From Bacillota bacterium (GTDB lineage Bacteria > Bacillota > SHA-98 > Ch115 > JABLXJ01), in assembly GCA_013178125.1 (NCBI GenBank), contig JABLXJ010000006.1, positions 156,631-220,630 of the forward strand: DNA of 64,000 nt. Direction: 5' to 3'. Shown piece after piece: positions 29,948 to 40,653 of the stretch; within the stretch, counting starts at the first letter, position 1, and each line of letters begins with the position of its first letter. The notes beneath the pieces were generated by a model, which saw only the letters and a list, made by a program, of their open reading frames with translations, was not told the origin of the DNA and made no database searches. A program made the position numbers and the translations under genes.

Positions 29948-31624
29948 CTAAAAAAGCCCCTCTATCCTGCCGGATTCATCTATATCCACTACCTCGGCCG
30001 CCGGGTGCTTGGGCAGGCCAGGCATGGTCATCATCGTGCCGCACAGCGGGACGAGGAAGCCCGCACCAGCAGAGGCGCGCACCTCGCGCACAGTCAGCTT
30101 CCATCCCCTTGGCGCGCCCCTCAGGCCAGGGTCGTCCGAGAGTGAGAGCTGGGTCTTGGCCATGCAGACCGGCAGCGTCCCGAGCCCCTGCTCGGTGAGG
30201 ACCTTGATCTGGCGCTCCGCATCCCCGGCATAGACAACCCCGTCAGCGCCGTATATCTGCGTCGCCAGGGCCTCGATCTTTTCCTTGATGGGTGCGTCGA
30301 GGTCGTAGAGGAAGCGGAAGGCCGGCCTCTCCTTCTCCAGCGCATCGAGGACAGCCTCAGCGAGCTCCCTCCCGCCATCTCCACCCTTCGCAACCACTTC
30401 GGAAATCGCCGCGCGCACGCCGAGCTCCTCGCAGTGGTGTTTCAGGAAATCAAGCTCTACGTCCTCATCCGTCGGGAACCTGTTTATGGCCACAACCACC
30501 GGGAGCCCGAATCTCCTGGTCAGGTTCTCGATATGCTTATCGAGGTTCGCGCACCCCTTCGCGAGGATGTCGAGGTTGGTCTCGGTCAGCTTATCCTTCG
30601 CGGCGCCACCGTGGTGATTGAGCGCCCTCACGGATGCCACCAGCACGACGACATCGGGGCGCACATCAGTTATCCGGCACACGATGTCAAAGAATTTCTC
30701 CGCGCCCAGGTCCGCGGCGAAGCCACCCTCCGTGACCACGTAATCCGCGAGCTTCAGCGCCAGCTCGGTTGCGATTATGGTGTTGTTGCCATAGGCGATA
30801 TTGGCAAACGGGCCGCCGTGTACAAAAGCCGGCTGCCCCTCAAGCGTCTGGACGAGATTTGGCTTGAGGGCATCCTTGAGGATGACCGCCATCGCGCCCA
30901 CGGCCTTGAGATCACGGGCGTATACCGGTTTCCCATCGCGCGTGTAGGCCACCAGGATGCGCCCAAGGCGTTCCTTGAGATCATCCATGCTCCTGGACAG
31001 GCCGAGGATCGCCATGACCTCCGAGGCCACCGTTATATCAAAACCTGTCTCGCGCGGGAAGCCATTCCCCTTGCCGCCGAGCCCGACGATGACGTTTCGT
31101 AGCTGCCTGTCGCTTATGTCCATCACGCGCCGCCACACGACCCTCAAGGGGTCTATCCCGAGCTCGTTGCCGTGAACTATATGATTGTCGACCATGGCCG
31201 CGAGGAGATTGTGCGCGGCGCCGACGGCGTGAATATCCCCAGTGAAGTGGAGATTTATATCCTCCATCGGCACAACCTGCGAGTAGCCACCACCGGCCGC
31301 CCCACCCTTGATGCCGAAGGTCGGGCCGAGCGATGGCTCGCGCAGCGCCACCATGACTTTCTTCCCCAACTTCCCCAGGGCCTGCGTGAGGCCTACAGCC
31401 GTGCAGGTCTTCCCCTCACCGGCGGGGGTAGCTGTGATCGCGGTAGTGTAGATCAGTTTGCCGTTTGGCCTGCCTTTGAGGCGCCTGTAGACATCCAGGC
31501 TGATCTTGGCCTTGTACTTGCCATACGGCTCGATATCATCATCCAAAAGGCCTATTGACCTCGCTATCTCCGAAATCGGTCGCAACTTAGCAGACTGGGC
31601 TATCTCAATATCAGGCAGCACCAA
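29948..31624 (-). CDS. fhs: Formate--tetrahydrofolate ligase
   Basis: 558 aa beginning [17 protein letters not shown]..., with [10 protein letters not shown]-loop. Confidence 0.9.
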   Translation of the reverse strand: MVLPDIEIAQSAKLRPISEIARSIGLLDDDIEPYGKYKAKISLDVYRRLKGRPNGKLIYTTAITATPAGEGKTCTAVGLTQALGKLGKKVMVALREPSLGPTFGIKGGAAGGGYSQVVPMEDINLHFTGDIHAVGAAHNLLAAMVDNHIVHGNELGIDPLRVVWRRVMDISDRQLRNVIVGLGGKGNGFPRETGFDITVASEVMAILGLSRSMDDLKERLGRILVAYTRDGKPVYARDLKAVGAMAVILKDALKPNLVQTLEGQPAFVHGGPFANIAYGNNTIIATELALKLADYVVTEGGFAADLGAEKFFDIVCRITDVRPDVVVLVASVRALNHHGGAAKDKLTETNLDILAKGCANLDKHIENLTRRFGLPVVVAINRFPTDEDVELDFLKHHCEELGVRAAISEVVAKGGDGGRELAEAVLDALEKERPAFRFLYDLDAPIKEKIEALATQIYGADGVVYAGDAERQIKVLTEQGLGTLPVCMAKTQLSLSDDPGLRGAPRGWKLTVREVRASAGAGFLVPLCGTMMTMPGLPKHPAAEVVDIDESGRIEGLF

Positions 31625-31812
31625 TATTTCGCCCCTTTCGGTCTTTTAAGCTTTTTGGTTATTGTCGCGAGATCTCTACATTCTACATTCTACAGTCAAC
31701 ATGTTACAGTCACGCGAGATTCTACAATGATTATCCGGGCCTGCTCCGGCCGCCCCGGCCTTGCTCTGGCCTGTCCAATCTCCTCTTGCATACCCCTATT
31801 TACCCCTGCCTA

Positions 31813-33258
31813 TCACCTCCCGGACTGGATATAGTCATGGATGCCCTTCGCAGCGAGCTTCCCTGCTCCCATTGCAGCGATAACGGTTGCAGACCCCGTC
31901 ACAATATCGCCGCCTGCAAATACCCCTGGAATGCTCGTCTCGCCCGTCTTCTCATTTATGATGATATTCCCATGCCTCCCAAGCGCGAGGCCGGGGGTCC
32001 TCTTTGTGAGGAGGGGATTCGGCTCCGTCCCGATGGCTGAGATCATGGTATCGGCCTCGAGCGTAAACTCAGAGCCCTTAATGGGCACTGGCCGTCGCCT
32101 CCCGCTCTCGTCCGGCTCGCCGAGCTCCATCCTTACGCACTCCATGCCCGTGACCCACCCTTTCTCGTTTCCGATAACGCGCACGGGATTGGTCAGGAGC
32201 ATGAGCTCCACGCCCTCCTCCTCTGCGTTTTCGATCTCTTCAGCCCGCGCAGGCATTTCCGCACGAGACCTGCGGTAGACTATCATAACCTTCTCCGCGC
32301 CCAGCCTCAGCGCGGTCCGGGCCGCATCCATCGCCACATTGCCGGCCCCGACCACAGCAACCCGCTTCCCCGTCTTGATGGGGGTATCATACTCGGGGAA
32401 GAGGTAGGCCTTCATCAGGTTCGACCGGGTCAGGTACTCGTTCGCCGAATACACGCCATTGAGGTTTTCCCCTGGGATCCCCAGGAAGTGCGGCAGGCCC
32501 GCGCCCGTCCCCACGAAAACGGCCTTGAACCCGTCATTGAAGAGGTCTTCGATGGTGAAGGTCTGGCCTATGAGCATATTGGTGCGGATCTCTACTCCAA
32601 GGCTCTTCACATACTGGATCTCTTCCTCGAGAATGGCCTTGGGCAACCTAAATTCGGGGATGCCATACCGCAATACCCCGCCCACCTCGTGAAGTGCTTC
32701 AAATAGCACGACCCTGTAGCCAAATCTGGCCAGCTCCGCTGCGCAGGTGAGGCCCGCCGGCCCTGACCCGACGACGGCAACCTTTACAATCCCGGTCCCA
32801 TCGCCAGCCGTAGAAGCGTTGCCAGCCGCACTTGCGCTACCGGCCCCGGCTGCAAGCTCCTCTGCAAGCTCACGGCGCTCCCAGTCCGCCACGAACCGCT
32901 CCAGAGCGCCTATCGCCACCGGCTTCTGATTCTTGGCCTTGCCCAACGTGCACAGGACCTCGCACTGGGTCTCCTGCGGGCAAACCCTGCCGCAAATTGC
33001 AGGCAGGCTGTTCTTCTCCTTTATCTTTTTCGCCGCCTCCCCAAATCTTCCCTCCTTGACGAGCGCGATGAAGTCAGGTATGTCAACACCAACAGGACAT
33101 CCGCTCACGCAGGGTCGTTTAGGGCACTGGATACACCTTTGCGCCTCGCTTACCGCGGCCTCAGGAGAGTATCCCAGCGCAACCTCATTGAAATTTCTTA
33201 TCCTCTCCCGCGGATCCTGCTTTGGCATCTGGTGGCGCTGAGCTATCTCTCTTGGCAT
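31813..33258 (-). CDS. nfnB: NfnB-like subunit (GltD-type glutamate-synthase small-chain homolog: 2x[4Fe-4S], FAD and NAD(P) binding) of NADH-dependent reduced-ferredoxin:NADP+ oxidoreductase
   Basis: Contains CIQCPKRPCVSGCPVGVDIP, two Rossmann GxGxxG/A motifs, and a stop overlapping the nfnA start. Confidence 0.8.
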   Translation of the reverse strand: MPREIAQRHQMPKQDPRERIRNFNEVALGYSPEAAVSEAQRCIQCPKRPCVSGCPVGVDIPDFIALVKEGRFGEAAKKIKEKNSLPAICGRVCPQETQCEVLCTLGKAKNQKPVAIGALERFVADWERRELAEELAAGAGSASAAGNASTAGDGTGIVKVAVVGSGPAGLTCAAELARFGYRVVLFEALHEVGGVLRYGIPEFRLPKAILEEEIQYVKSLGVEIRTNMLIGQTFTIEDLFNDGFKAVFVGTGAGLPHFLGIPGENLNGVYSANEYLTRSNLMKAYLFPEYDTPIKTGKRVAVVGAGNVAMDAARTALRLGAEKVMIVYRRSRAEMPARAEEIENAEEEGVELMLLTNPVRVIGNEKGWVTGMECVRMELGEPDESGRRRPVPIKGSEFTLEADTMISAIGTEPNPLLTKRTPGLALGRHGNIIINEKTGETSIPGVFAGGDIVTGSATVIAAMGAGKLAAKGIHDYIQSGR

Positions 33259-34094
33259 TTACATCCCTCTCCTTGTGCACGAAACCTCTCCATGGCAATC
33301 CTCTCCTCCTCGAGGAATCGATTTTGGCGGGCCATCAATTCCTCGAAATCGACCTTATGACCATCAAAAGCAGGGCCATCAACGCACGCAAACTTGACCT
33401 CTCCGCCCACCGTGACCCGGCATCCCCCGCACATGCCTGTGCCATCCACCATGATCGGATTCAGGCTCACGATCGTTTTAACGCCGAAATCCCGGGTTAC
33501 TCTCACTGCCGCGCGCATCATAGGGAGGGGACCTATAGCAACCACCTCATCGACCTTCTCCCCGCTCTCGAGGAACTCCCTCAAGAGATCGGTTACAAAG
33601 CCGTGGTGCCCGAAGCTCCCATCATCAGTGCTGTACCCCACATGATGGCTCACCTTCTCCATTCTCTCTTTAAAAATTATCATCTCTTTCGTCTGGGCCC
33701 CGATAAAGGATATCACCCGGCTTCCAAGCTCGTAAAACCGCCGCGCCTTGGGGTACATCGGCGCAACTCCGAGCCCTCCCGAGACGCAAACCACGCAACC
33801 AACCTTCTCAATGTGCATCGGGGTACCAAGGGGCCCGACAACGTCCGCCAGAAAATCGCCAACGTCAAGGGTTGCAAGATGACAGGTCGTTTTCCCGACT
33901 TCCTGGGAAACCATAGTTATAGTGCCCTTTACAGCGTCGTAATCGGCTATCGTGAGCGGGATCCTCTCGCCCTTTTCGTGGACGCGGAGAACCACGAAGT
34001 GCCCGGGCTGCGCCTTGGCCGCTATCTCGGGGGCGTAAACCTCGAACTCCGTGATCCTGGGCGCCAAGACCTCTTTTCTGAGAATCTTGTTCAT
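33243..34094 (-). CDS. nfnA: NfnA-like subunit (ferredoxin-NADP reductase-like FAD/[2Fe-2S] protein; PyrK/SudB family)
   Basis: MNKILRKEVLAPRITEFEV... with a CGGCRV...C 2Fe-2S motif. The start is taken at the internal ATG. Confidence 0.8.
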   Translation of the reverse strand: MNKILRKEVLAPRITEFEVYAPEIAAKAQPGHFVVLRVHEKGERIPLTIADYDAVKGTITMVSQEVGKTTCHLATLDVGDFLADVVGPLGTPMHIEKVGCVVCVSGGLGVAPMYPKARRFYELGSRVISFIGAQTKEMIIFKERMEKVSHHVGYSTDDGSFGHHGFVTDLLREFLESGEKVDEVVAIGPLPMMRAAVRVTRDFGVKTIVSLNPIMVDGTGMCGGCRVTVGGEVKFACVDGPAFDGHKVDFEELMARQNRFLEEERIAMERFRAQGEGCKCQER

Positions 34095-34425
34095 GAACCA
34101 ACCATTCCCTCCTATTCTTTCCTGCAAGGGAACATATAAGATCATTTTCAGGGCCCATCTCAGGGACTGGATCACTGGATAAAGCATGGCAAGGTGGAAC
34201 ACGGCGAAGCTGGAGAGGTCCTTGAGAATAATCACCCTCTATAGTGGTACATTCGAGCTCCAATGTCAAGAGCCCGGAGAGCTATCCTCGCCTCCCTCGC
34301 CTCTCGCTAGGCCTCACCCAATGCCCGTCCCATGCCCGCCTCATCATGGCCCCACTACATGGCCACGCTCCTCCCCGGCCCCGATCCTATCCCGGCGCCA
34401 CCTGCCCGGTGCCCGGCTCCACCCG

Positions 34426-35103
34426 CTATGGCTCGCGCGCGCCTTCCCAGGGGGCCCCGGGGGCTTTGCACAGGTAATAAGCCAGATGCATGAGCTCCAG
34501 GCTGAGATCCGAATTGTGAAGGCGGACGTGGGGCGGGACTGTGAGCTTCGCCGGAGCGAAATTAAGGATCCCATCTATCCCGGCACCCACGCATGCATCG
34601 ACGACCTCCTGGGCGCTCGAGGCCGGCACGGCCACCACGGCCATTCGCACCCCGAGCTCCGAGACCTTCTCTTTCAATTGCCGCATGGGCGAGACCTCTA
34701 TTCCGTCTATTCCCAGTCCAATCTTCGCCGGGTTCTTGTCAAATACCGCCACGATGTCGAGGTGGTAATCCGCCTCGGCCTGGCGACGCCCTATGAGATA
34801 CCTGGCCAGGGCAATCCCGAGGCTGCCGGCCCCGATAATCGCCACCTTGATCACACAATCCAGGTTGAGCACCCTGCGCAGCTCCTGCCTCAAGACATCG
34901 ATCTCGTATCCAACCCCCTGTTTGCCGAACTCCCCAAACAGGCTGAGGTCCTTCCGGACCTGGTCAGATGTGACACCAGCGGCGTCGCCGAGCTCATATG
35001 AGGAAATCGACGGCCCATGCTTATCTACATCAATAGTCTCCAGGACCCGCAAATAAAGGGGCAATCTCCTGATAACCACGTCAGGAGCTTTCCGGGCTCT
35101 CAT
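34426..35103 (-). CDS. rex: Redox-sensing transcriptional repressor Rex
   Basis: Contains PDVVIRRLPLYLRVL wHTH and a VAIIGAGSLGIALA Rossmann fold. Confidence 0.85.
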   Translation of the reverse strand: MRARKAPDVVIRRLPLYLRVLETIDVDKHGPSISSYELGDAAGVTSDQVRKDLSLFGEFGKQGVGYEIDVLRQELRRVLNLDCVIKVAIIGAGSLGIALARYLIGRRQAEADYHLDIVAVFDKNPAKIGLGIDGIEVSPMRQLKEKVSELGVRMAVVAVPASSAQEVVDACVGAGIDGILNFAPAKLTVPPHVRLHNSDLSLELMHLAYYLCKAPGAPWEGAREP

Positions 35104-37058
35104 TTAGATTCACCTCCGGAGTCCAGGGTAATAGCTAACGTCAGGTGGCTCCCCGCAGGCCCCACGGTTTTGAAAGTCACTTCGTTGACGCCGGATTGCA
35201 AATAAGCTGAAACGTCAAAGGACATACCCGCCACCGGCGGATTCTCAAAGGCATAGAACACCTTGCTGCCCCTATTGAAGGTCACGGCCACCCCCTGCGC
35301 GTCCGCATCCCATATGACAAGCCTGCCAACCCCGCGGGGCGCGATGAATCTCTGGCGCACCTCGCCCTGGCATTCCTGGCGAGCTCCACTGCTGCCTGTA
35401 TCCCTATCCCCGTGATCGTCCCCATGACCATCTCCTGTTACAGAGAGCCTCACCGGGATCGTGCTGAGCGACGCGCCTGTGTAATAGTGCCGGATAATGT
35501 CGTAGAAGGAATACCCCTGGCGCGCCATGCCCTCAGCCCCCCACTGGGACATGCCTGCGCCATGCCCATACCCCGCTCCTGTGGCCTTCACGCTCACGAT
35601 CCCCCCGGAGGCATCCCTCTCAAAGTCGAAGACCACGAGGGAGCTCTTCAACATGCCCCCCGAAACCGGCCTGAGCAGCGTCCTGATATTCAACTCTCCA
35701 TTCACAACCCAGGTGCCGTTTGTCCCAACGACCCCTAACGCTACTATCCTGCCGGACGCCCCCCGGCGGATGGGTATCAGGTTCACCAGCCTCCCGATGC
35801 CCTTCGAAGGGCCCGGTCCTGACCCTTCCGACCCTGATCCCGACCCGAACCCCGATCCTGACCCAGGTCCGAACCCAGAGTCAAACCCGGGCCCCGACCC
35901 GGAGCTGGATGCCGGCCCTGGACCGGATTCGCCCCTGGAGGCAAGGGTCACGTAACTCCTCCGGGAAAACCTGGCTATGCCATCATTTATGGTCTTCTCG
36001 AGCTCCTGCCCTGGCCAGGTCACTTGCCACCGGAAGTTCGGCGATATAGCATCAAACCTCCCTATGCGGCCTGATAGAAACCTCCGCACCCCCTCCTCGG
36101 TGCGCAGGTCCGGCACTCCCGGTTCATCCGGAACGGCCTGCAGGTATGGTATGGCGGGATTGTCCAGCCAGACATTCTCGCTCGCCTCCGTATGGCCTCC
36201 GGCCGTCGAGCAGTAGACCGCATCTATAACCTCTTGCCCGAAGGTCGCTACAACACCGCGCGTATCCGCTATGGCAGCATCCGAGCGAGGATCCTCGCTC
36301 CCTATGCCGTAGTAAACCTGGCAATGGGGAGAGTCGCACAAATATACGTCCTGGCCGTCCTGGCCCGGGCCGTGCGAATGCGAGGCAGAAACATCCCCCC
36401 CCATCCCTGGGACAGCCCTTTGCAGGTTAAAGATGGCGTAGGAGCGGGCTGCTATAGCCTGGGCCCTTAGAGCCTCATCGCTGAACGATCTCGGCATCTC
36501 GTTGGGCACGACCCCGCGCAGGTAATCCCCAAGGCGCAGCTCGTTTATGATGCGCAGCTTCGCAGGCGCCGGAGACGGCGATATCTCGAGGCTTCCGCGA
36601 TATAGCGGGTATGGGGAAACCTTTGGGCGCTGGAGATTTGTAACCCCCAGCGGCCGCGCCGGATCCCTGGGGCTCACACGGACGGGCCCCGTAAACACGC
36701 CCAGGGCCATCCTCGTCCCGATTGCGGCCGCGACCAGCTCAGCGCTGATCCCACCGGGGGCCCGCCGGAAAGTTAACGCGTCCCCGGGCGCGACAAGAAA
36801 CTCGGGCCCCCCCGGCCCGGCCTTCACCGCCATCCCGCCCTTGGAAACCACGGTTACGGCGTCATGATCCAGGTCAGAGGAGGGCCCGAGCGTCCGATTC
36901 AGCGCGACGCGGATAATCGAGTCGTCATCCAACATGGGGGAGGGCGCCTGTGCCCCGGCATCGCGTCCGGGACCACCCACCGCCATCAACCCTATCCACG
37001 CTGCGGTGAAACATACAACAACATAGACTATGAACCGTTGACACCGGAGCAAAACCAT
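35100..37058 (-). CDS. SpoIID/LytB-domain protein with signal/TM anchor and a Gly/Ser-rich low-complexity insert
   Basis: Contains YLRGVVPNEMP...ALRAQAIAARSYA...CQVYYG...AVYCSTAGGHTE and ...YGHGAGMSQWGA SpoIID motifs. Its stop overlaps the rex start. Confidence 0.75.
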   Translation of the reverse strand: MVLLRCQRFIVYVVVCFTAAWIGLMAVGGPGRDAGAQAPSPMLDDDSIIRVALNRTLGPSSDLDHDAVTVVSKGGMAVKAGPGGPEFLVAPGDALTFRRAPGGISAELVAAAIGTRMALGVFTGPVRVSPRDPARPLGVTNLQRPKVSPYPLYRGSLEISPSPAPAKLRIINELRLGDYLRGVVPNEMPRSFSDEALRAQAIAARSYAIFNLQRAVPGMGGDVSASHSHGPGQDGQDVYLCDSPHCQVYYGIGSEDPRSDAAIADTRGVVATFGQEVIDAVYCSTAGGHTEASENVWLDNPAIPYLQAVPDEPGVPDLRTEEGVRRFLSGRIGRFDAISPNFRWQVTWPGQELEKTINDGIARFSRRSYVTLASRGESGPGPASSSGSGPGFDSGFGPGSGSGFGSGSGSEGSGPGPSKGIGRLVNLIPIRRGASGRIVALGVVGTNGTWVVNGELNIRTLLRPVSGGMLKSSLVVFDFERDASGGIVSVKATGAGYGHGAGMSQWGAEGMARQGYSFYDIIRHYYTGASLSTIPVRLSVTGDGHGDDHGDRDTGSSGARQECQGEVRQRFIAPRGVGRLVIWDADAQGVAVTFNRGSKVFYAFENPPVAGMSFDVSAYLQSGVNEVTFKTVGPAGSHLTLAITLDSGGESK

Positions 37059-37077
37059 AGACTATACAGCATCCTCA

Positions 37078-38796
37078 TCAATACTTGCCCCGACCGATAT
37101 AATGAGTGTGCAATAGATGATGCGACCGCTCGCCGAGAGGCTTCTCGAGAAACTCGGCGTAGATCTGCTTGATCGCCGGGTTCTCATGGGACTTCCGGTA
37201 AGGCATGTCCTTATCTGCTAGATAGAGAGCCTGGCCACGCTTCCCCTTTATCTCCATAGTGCTCGGTATGGGCTGCCCGCCGCCGCCAACACACCCTCCC
37301 GGGCAGCACATTATCTCGATGAAGTGGTAATTCGCCTCCCCGGCGCGGAGCATCTCGAGTATCTTCTTTGCATTGCCCAGACCGTGGGCCACGGCCACCC
37401 TCACCGTCAGGCCATTGAGGTTGACCTCGGCTTCCTTTATCCCATCGAGGCCGCGAACTCCTTCGAAGTCCAGGTTGCCGAGCTCTGTCCCGGTCGCGAC
37501 CTCATATACCGTCCGGAGCGCTGCCTCCATTACCCCGCCGGTGGCCCCGAAGATCGCCGCGGCACCGGTGGAGATGCCCATCGGGTCATCGTGCTCCTCC
37601 TCGGGAAGGTCCTCGAACCTGATACCAGCCTCCCTCAACATCCTGCCGAGCTCACGGCTGGTGAGCACGGCATCGACATCCTGGTACCCGCTCGACCTCA
37701 TCTCCGGCCTCTCCGCCTCAAATTTCTTAGCCGTGCACGGCATGAGCGAGACGCTGAAAATATTGGCCGGATCGATGCCAGCCTTCTGGGCGTAATAGGT
37801 CTTCACCAGCGCACCGAACATCTGCTGGGGAGACTTACATGTCGATATATGAGGCAAGAGGTCGGGATAGTAGTGCTCCCCGAATTTGATCCACCCCGGG
37901 CTGCAGGATGTGATCATCGGGAGAACCCCACCTTCTTTTATTCGCTTTAAAAGCTCATTTCCCTCCTCTATTATGGTGAGGTCGGCAGTGAAATCCGTAT
38001 CCATTACCTTATCAAACCCGAGCCTCCTGAGAGCCGCCACGAGCTTCCCCGTGACGAGCGTCCCGGGCTCCATGCCCATCTCCTCACCGATAGTCGCCCT
38101 GATAGCGGGCGCGGTTTGCACAACAACGTGCTTCGCCGGGTCGGCGAGCGCCTCCCACACCCGCTCGGTATCGTCGCGTTCACTTATAGCCCCGACGGGG
38201 CACGCCAGGATGCATTGCCCGCACAGGGCGCACGCAACATCCCCCAGGTCATCCCCGAAGACGGGCGTTACCACTGTATCAGCACCCCTATTAGCAGGGA
38301 ACAGCACACCGACGCCCTGAACATTCTGGCACGTTTCCACGCACCTCCGGCAGAGAATGCATTTATCAGGCTCCCTGACTATAGAGGGCGTCGAATGATC
38401 CTCAGGCAGGCCGCGCAGCCTCCTTTCAAAGCGGACCTCCCGTATACCGAGCCTCTCCGCGAGCGTCTGCAGCTCGCAGTTCTGATTTCTTATACACTGC
38501 AAGCAATCCTGGGGGTGCCTGGCGAGGAGAAGCTCCACCGCCATTCTCCGGGCCTGGCGGACTGCCTGCGTATTCGTCCGGACGACCATACCATCGCTCG
38601 CAGGATATGCGCATGCGGGCTGCAGCAGCTTTTGCCCCTCTATCTCAACCACGCAAACGCGGCATACAGCCCTCGCCTCAAGGTCAGGGTGGTAACAGAG
38701 CGTGGGAATATCTATGCCTATCCTCTTTGCAGCGTCGAGGATGGTGATTCCCTTCTCAACCTGCACTCTGCGGCCATCTATTGTCAACGTGACCAT
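37078..38796 (-). CDS. hydA: [FeFe]-hydrogenase catalytic subunit (HydA/HndD-type, N-terminal 2Fe-2S and 4Fe-4S domains)
   Basis: H-cluster motifs TSCSPGW, MPCTAKKFE and EIMCCPGGCVGGGGQP. Confidence 0.9.
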   Translation of the reverse strand: MVTLTIDGRRVQVEKGITILDAAKRIGIDIPTLCYHPDLEARAVCRVCVVEIEGQKLLQPACAYPASDGMVVRTNTQAVRQARRMAVELLLARHPQDCLQCIRNQNCELQTLAERLGIREVRFERRLRGLPEDHSTPSIVREPDKCILCRRCVETCQNVQGVGVLFPANRGADTVVTPVFGDDLGDVACALCGQCILACPVGAISERDDTERVWEALADPAKHVVVQTAPAIRATIGEEMGMEPGTLVTGKLVAALRRLGFDKVMDTDFTADLTIIEEGNELLKRIKEGGVLPMITSCSPGWIKFGEHYYPDLLPHISTCKSPQQMFGALVKTYYAQKAGIDPANIFSVSLMPCTAKKFEAERPEMRSSGYQDVDAVLTSRELGRMLREAGIRFEDLPEEEHDDPMGISTGAAAIFGATGGVMEAALRTVYEVATGTELGNLDFEGVRGLDGIKEAEVNLNGLTVRVAVAHGLGNAKKILEMLRAGEANYHFIEIMCCPGGCVGGGGQPIPSTMEIKGKRGQALYLADKDMPYRKSHENPAIKQIYAEFLEKPLGERSHHLLHTHYIGRGKY

Positions 38797-38930
38797 CGCG
38801 ATATATTCCCTCCTCGTAAATCCACACTCGTGAATCCGCAGATACTAAGGCCTGCAGATACTAAAGCCTGCCAGCAAGACCTCCTGAAAGGCCTGCTAAG
38901 GTCCGCCGGGACCCGCTGAGGCCTGCATGC

Positions 38931-40547
38931 CTAGAGCCCGCATGTCCCCGTGGGGCAGGTCCTGTCAGCGATGTGGGCATCAAACTCATCACGGAAGTAC
39001 TTCAGCATCGTGAGGACCGGCACAGGAGCCGCCTGGCCGAGGCCGCAAAGGCTCGCCCTCTGCATCACCTGGGCGAGCTCCGCCATGAGCTCTATATCCT
39101 GCGCACGCCCCTTGCCGGAGCTCGCCATGTCCATAATCTCATAAAGGCGATCGGTCCCCTCGCGACACGGGGTGCACTTCCCGCATGATTCATGCCGGAA
39201 AAACCTCATGAAGCACCTGGCAATATCCACGATGCAATGCGAGTCGTCCATAATGAGGAGAGCCCCTGAACCCAGGGCCGAGCCTGCCTCGGCCAGCGAG
39301 AAGTAGTCCATCGGGACATCGAGGAGCTCCCTTGGGAGGCAGCCTCCCGACGTGCCGCCCGTCTGGGCCATCTTGAACTCCCTGCCGCCGGGGATGCCGC
39401 CGCCGATTTCATATATTACCTGCCTCAGCGTGATCCCCATCGGGACCTCTATCAGTCCCTTGTTGTTGATATCGCCTGTAAGGGTGAATACCTTGGTCCC
39501 CGGGCATCTCTCGGTTCCGAACCCCCTGAACCACTCGGGCCCGTTCAGGATGATCGGCGAGATGTTGGCAAGGGTCTCGACGTTATTGACAACTGTGGGT
39601 TTGCCCCAGAGGCCATGGGTTCCGGGATATGGGGGCTTTATCCTTGGCTCGCCCCTGTTCCCCTCGATCGATTCGATCAGGGCGGTCTCCTCGCCGCACA
39701 CATATGCGCCCGCTCCCTTGCGGATTTCAATATCGAAGCTGAAGCCCGATCCGAAGATATTCTCCCCGAGAAGGCCCAGACGCCTGGCCTGGTCTATGGC
39801 CTTCTGCATCCTCTCAATCGAGATAGCATACTCACCGCGTATATAAATAAAACCTTTATCCGCACCCACTGCGTAACCGGCAATAGCCATTCCCTCAATG
39901 ATGCTGTGGGGGTCCCCCTCGAGGATCAGCCTGTCCTTGAACGTGCCGGGCTCCCCCTCATCGGCGTTACATAAAATGTATTTTTGGTCGGCGTCTGCCT
40001 TGGCCGTGAACTCCCACTTGAGGCCCGTGGGGAACGCAGCCCCTCCCCGCCCGACAAGCCCGGATCTCTTGATCTCGTCTATCACCTCGCCGGGCTTCAT
40101 CTGGCTCACACACCTGCCCAGGGCGGCATAGCCATCCCGACCGATATACTCCTCCACAGACTCAGGGTCCATAACTCCGCAATTCCGGAGGACGATTCTC
40201 TTCTGGGGGCCGAGGTAAGTCGGAGCCTCGTACTTCACAACCTCCTTCTCTACCGGACGCTCCCTTGCGACAAGCCGGTCAACGATCCTGCCCTTCAAGA
40301 GGTGCTCCTCGACGATCAGGGGCACATCCTCGACCTTCACAGGACCGTAGAATGTCCCCTCCGGGTATACGACGATAACTGGTCCGAGGTCGCAGGGGCC
40401 CAGGCAACCAGTCTCGACAACCTTGATCTCCCGCGAGAGGCCCTGGCGATGGATTTCATTAATGAGCGCATCCCTGACAGCCTTGCAGCCGCCGAGGACG
40501 CAGGGGGTGCCCCCGCAAACCAGCACGTGCGAACGATAAAACTCCAC
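38931..40547 (-). CDS. NADH-binding flavoprotein subunit of bifurcating hydrogenase (NuoF-like, HndC/HydB)
   Basis: N-terminal thioredoxin-like 2Fe-2S domain, GRGGAAFPTG FMN site, ESCGKCTPCREG motif and a C-terminal ferredoxin domain. Confidence 0.85.
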   Translation of the reverse strand: MEFYRSHVLVCGGTPCVLGGCKAVRDALINEIHRQGLSREIKVVETGCLGPCDLGPVIVVYPEGTFYGPVKVEDVPLIVEEHLLKGRIVDRLVARERPVEKEVVKYEAPTYLGPQKRIVLRNCGVMDPESVEEYIGRDGYAALGRCVSQMKPGEVIDEIKRSGLVGRGGAAFPTGLKWEFTAKADADQKYILCNADEGEPGTFKDRLILEGDPHSIIEGMAIAGYAVGADKGFIYIRGEYAISIERMQKAIDQARRLGLLGENIFGSGFSFDIEIRKGAGAYVCGEETALIESIEGNRGEPRIKPPYPGTHGLWGKPTVVNNVETLANISPIILNGPEWFRGFGTERCPGTKVFTLTGDINNKGLIEVPMGITLRQVIYEIGGGIPGGREFKMAQTGGTSGGCLPRELLDVPMDYFSLAEAGSALGSGALLIMDDSHCIVDIARCFMRFFRHESCGKCTPCREGTDRLYEIMDMASSGKGRAQDIELMAELAQVMQRASLCGLGQAAPVPVLTMLKYFRDEFDAHIADRTCPTGTCGL

Positions 40548-40653
40548 ACTTCAACCCTCCCTTGTTAGCATAGCGTTCAACAGTTCAGCGTCCGTCCAGC
40601 GATACTCGCACAGCGATGCTCGTGTTCTATGAGATTCATACCACGTACCCGGT

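Noticed and set aside
33222-35001. Plus-strand ORFs (305 and 271 aa) opposite nfnA and rex
   Set aside because: Antisense to genes with strong family signatures.
37324-40568. Several plus-strand ORFs (208, 140, 144, 267, 164, 119, 194 aa) opposite hydA and hndC
   Set aside because: Antisense to hydrogenase genes bearing H-cluster and FMN-site motifs.
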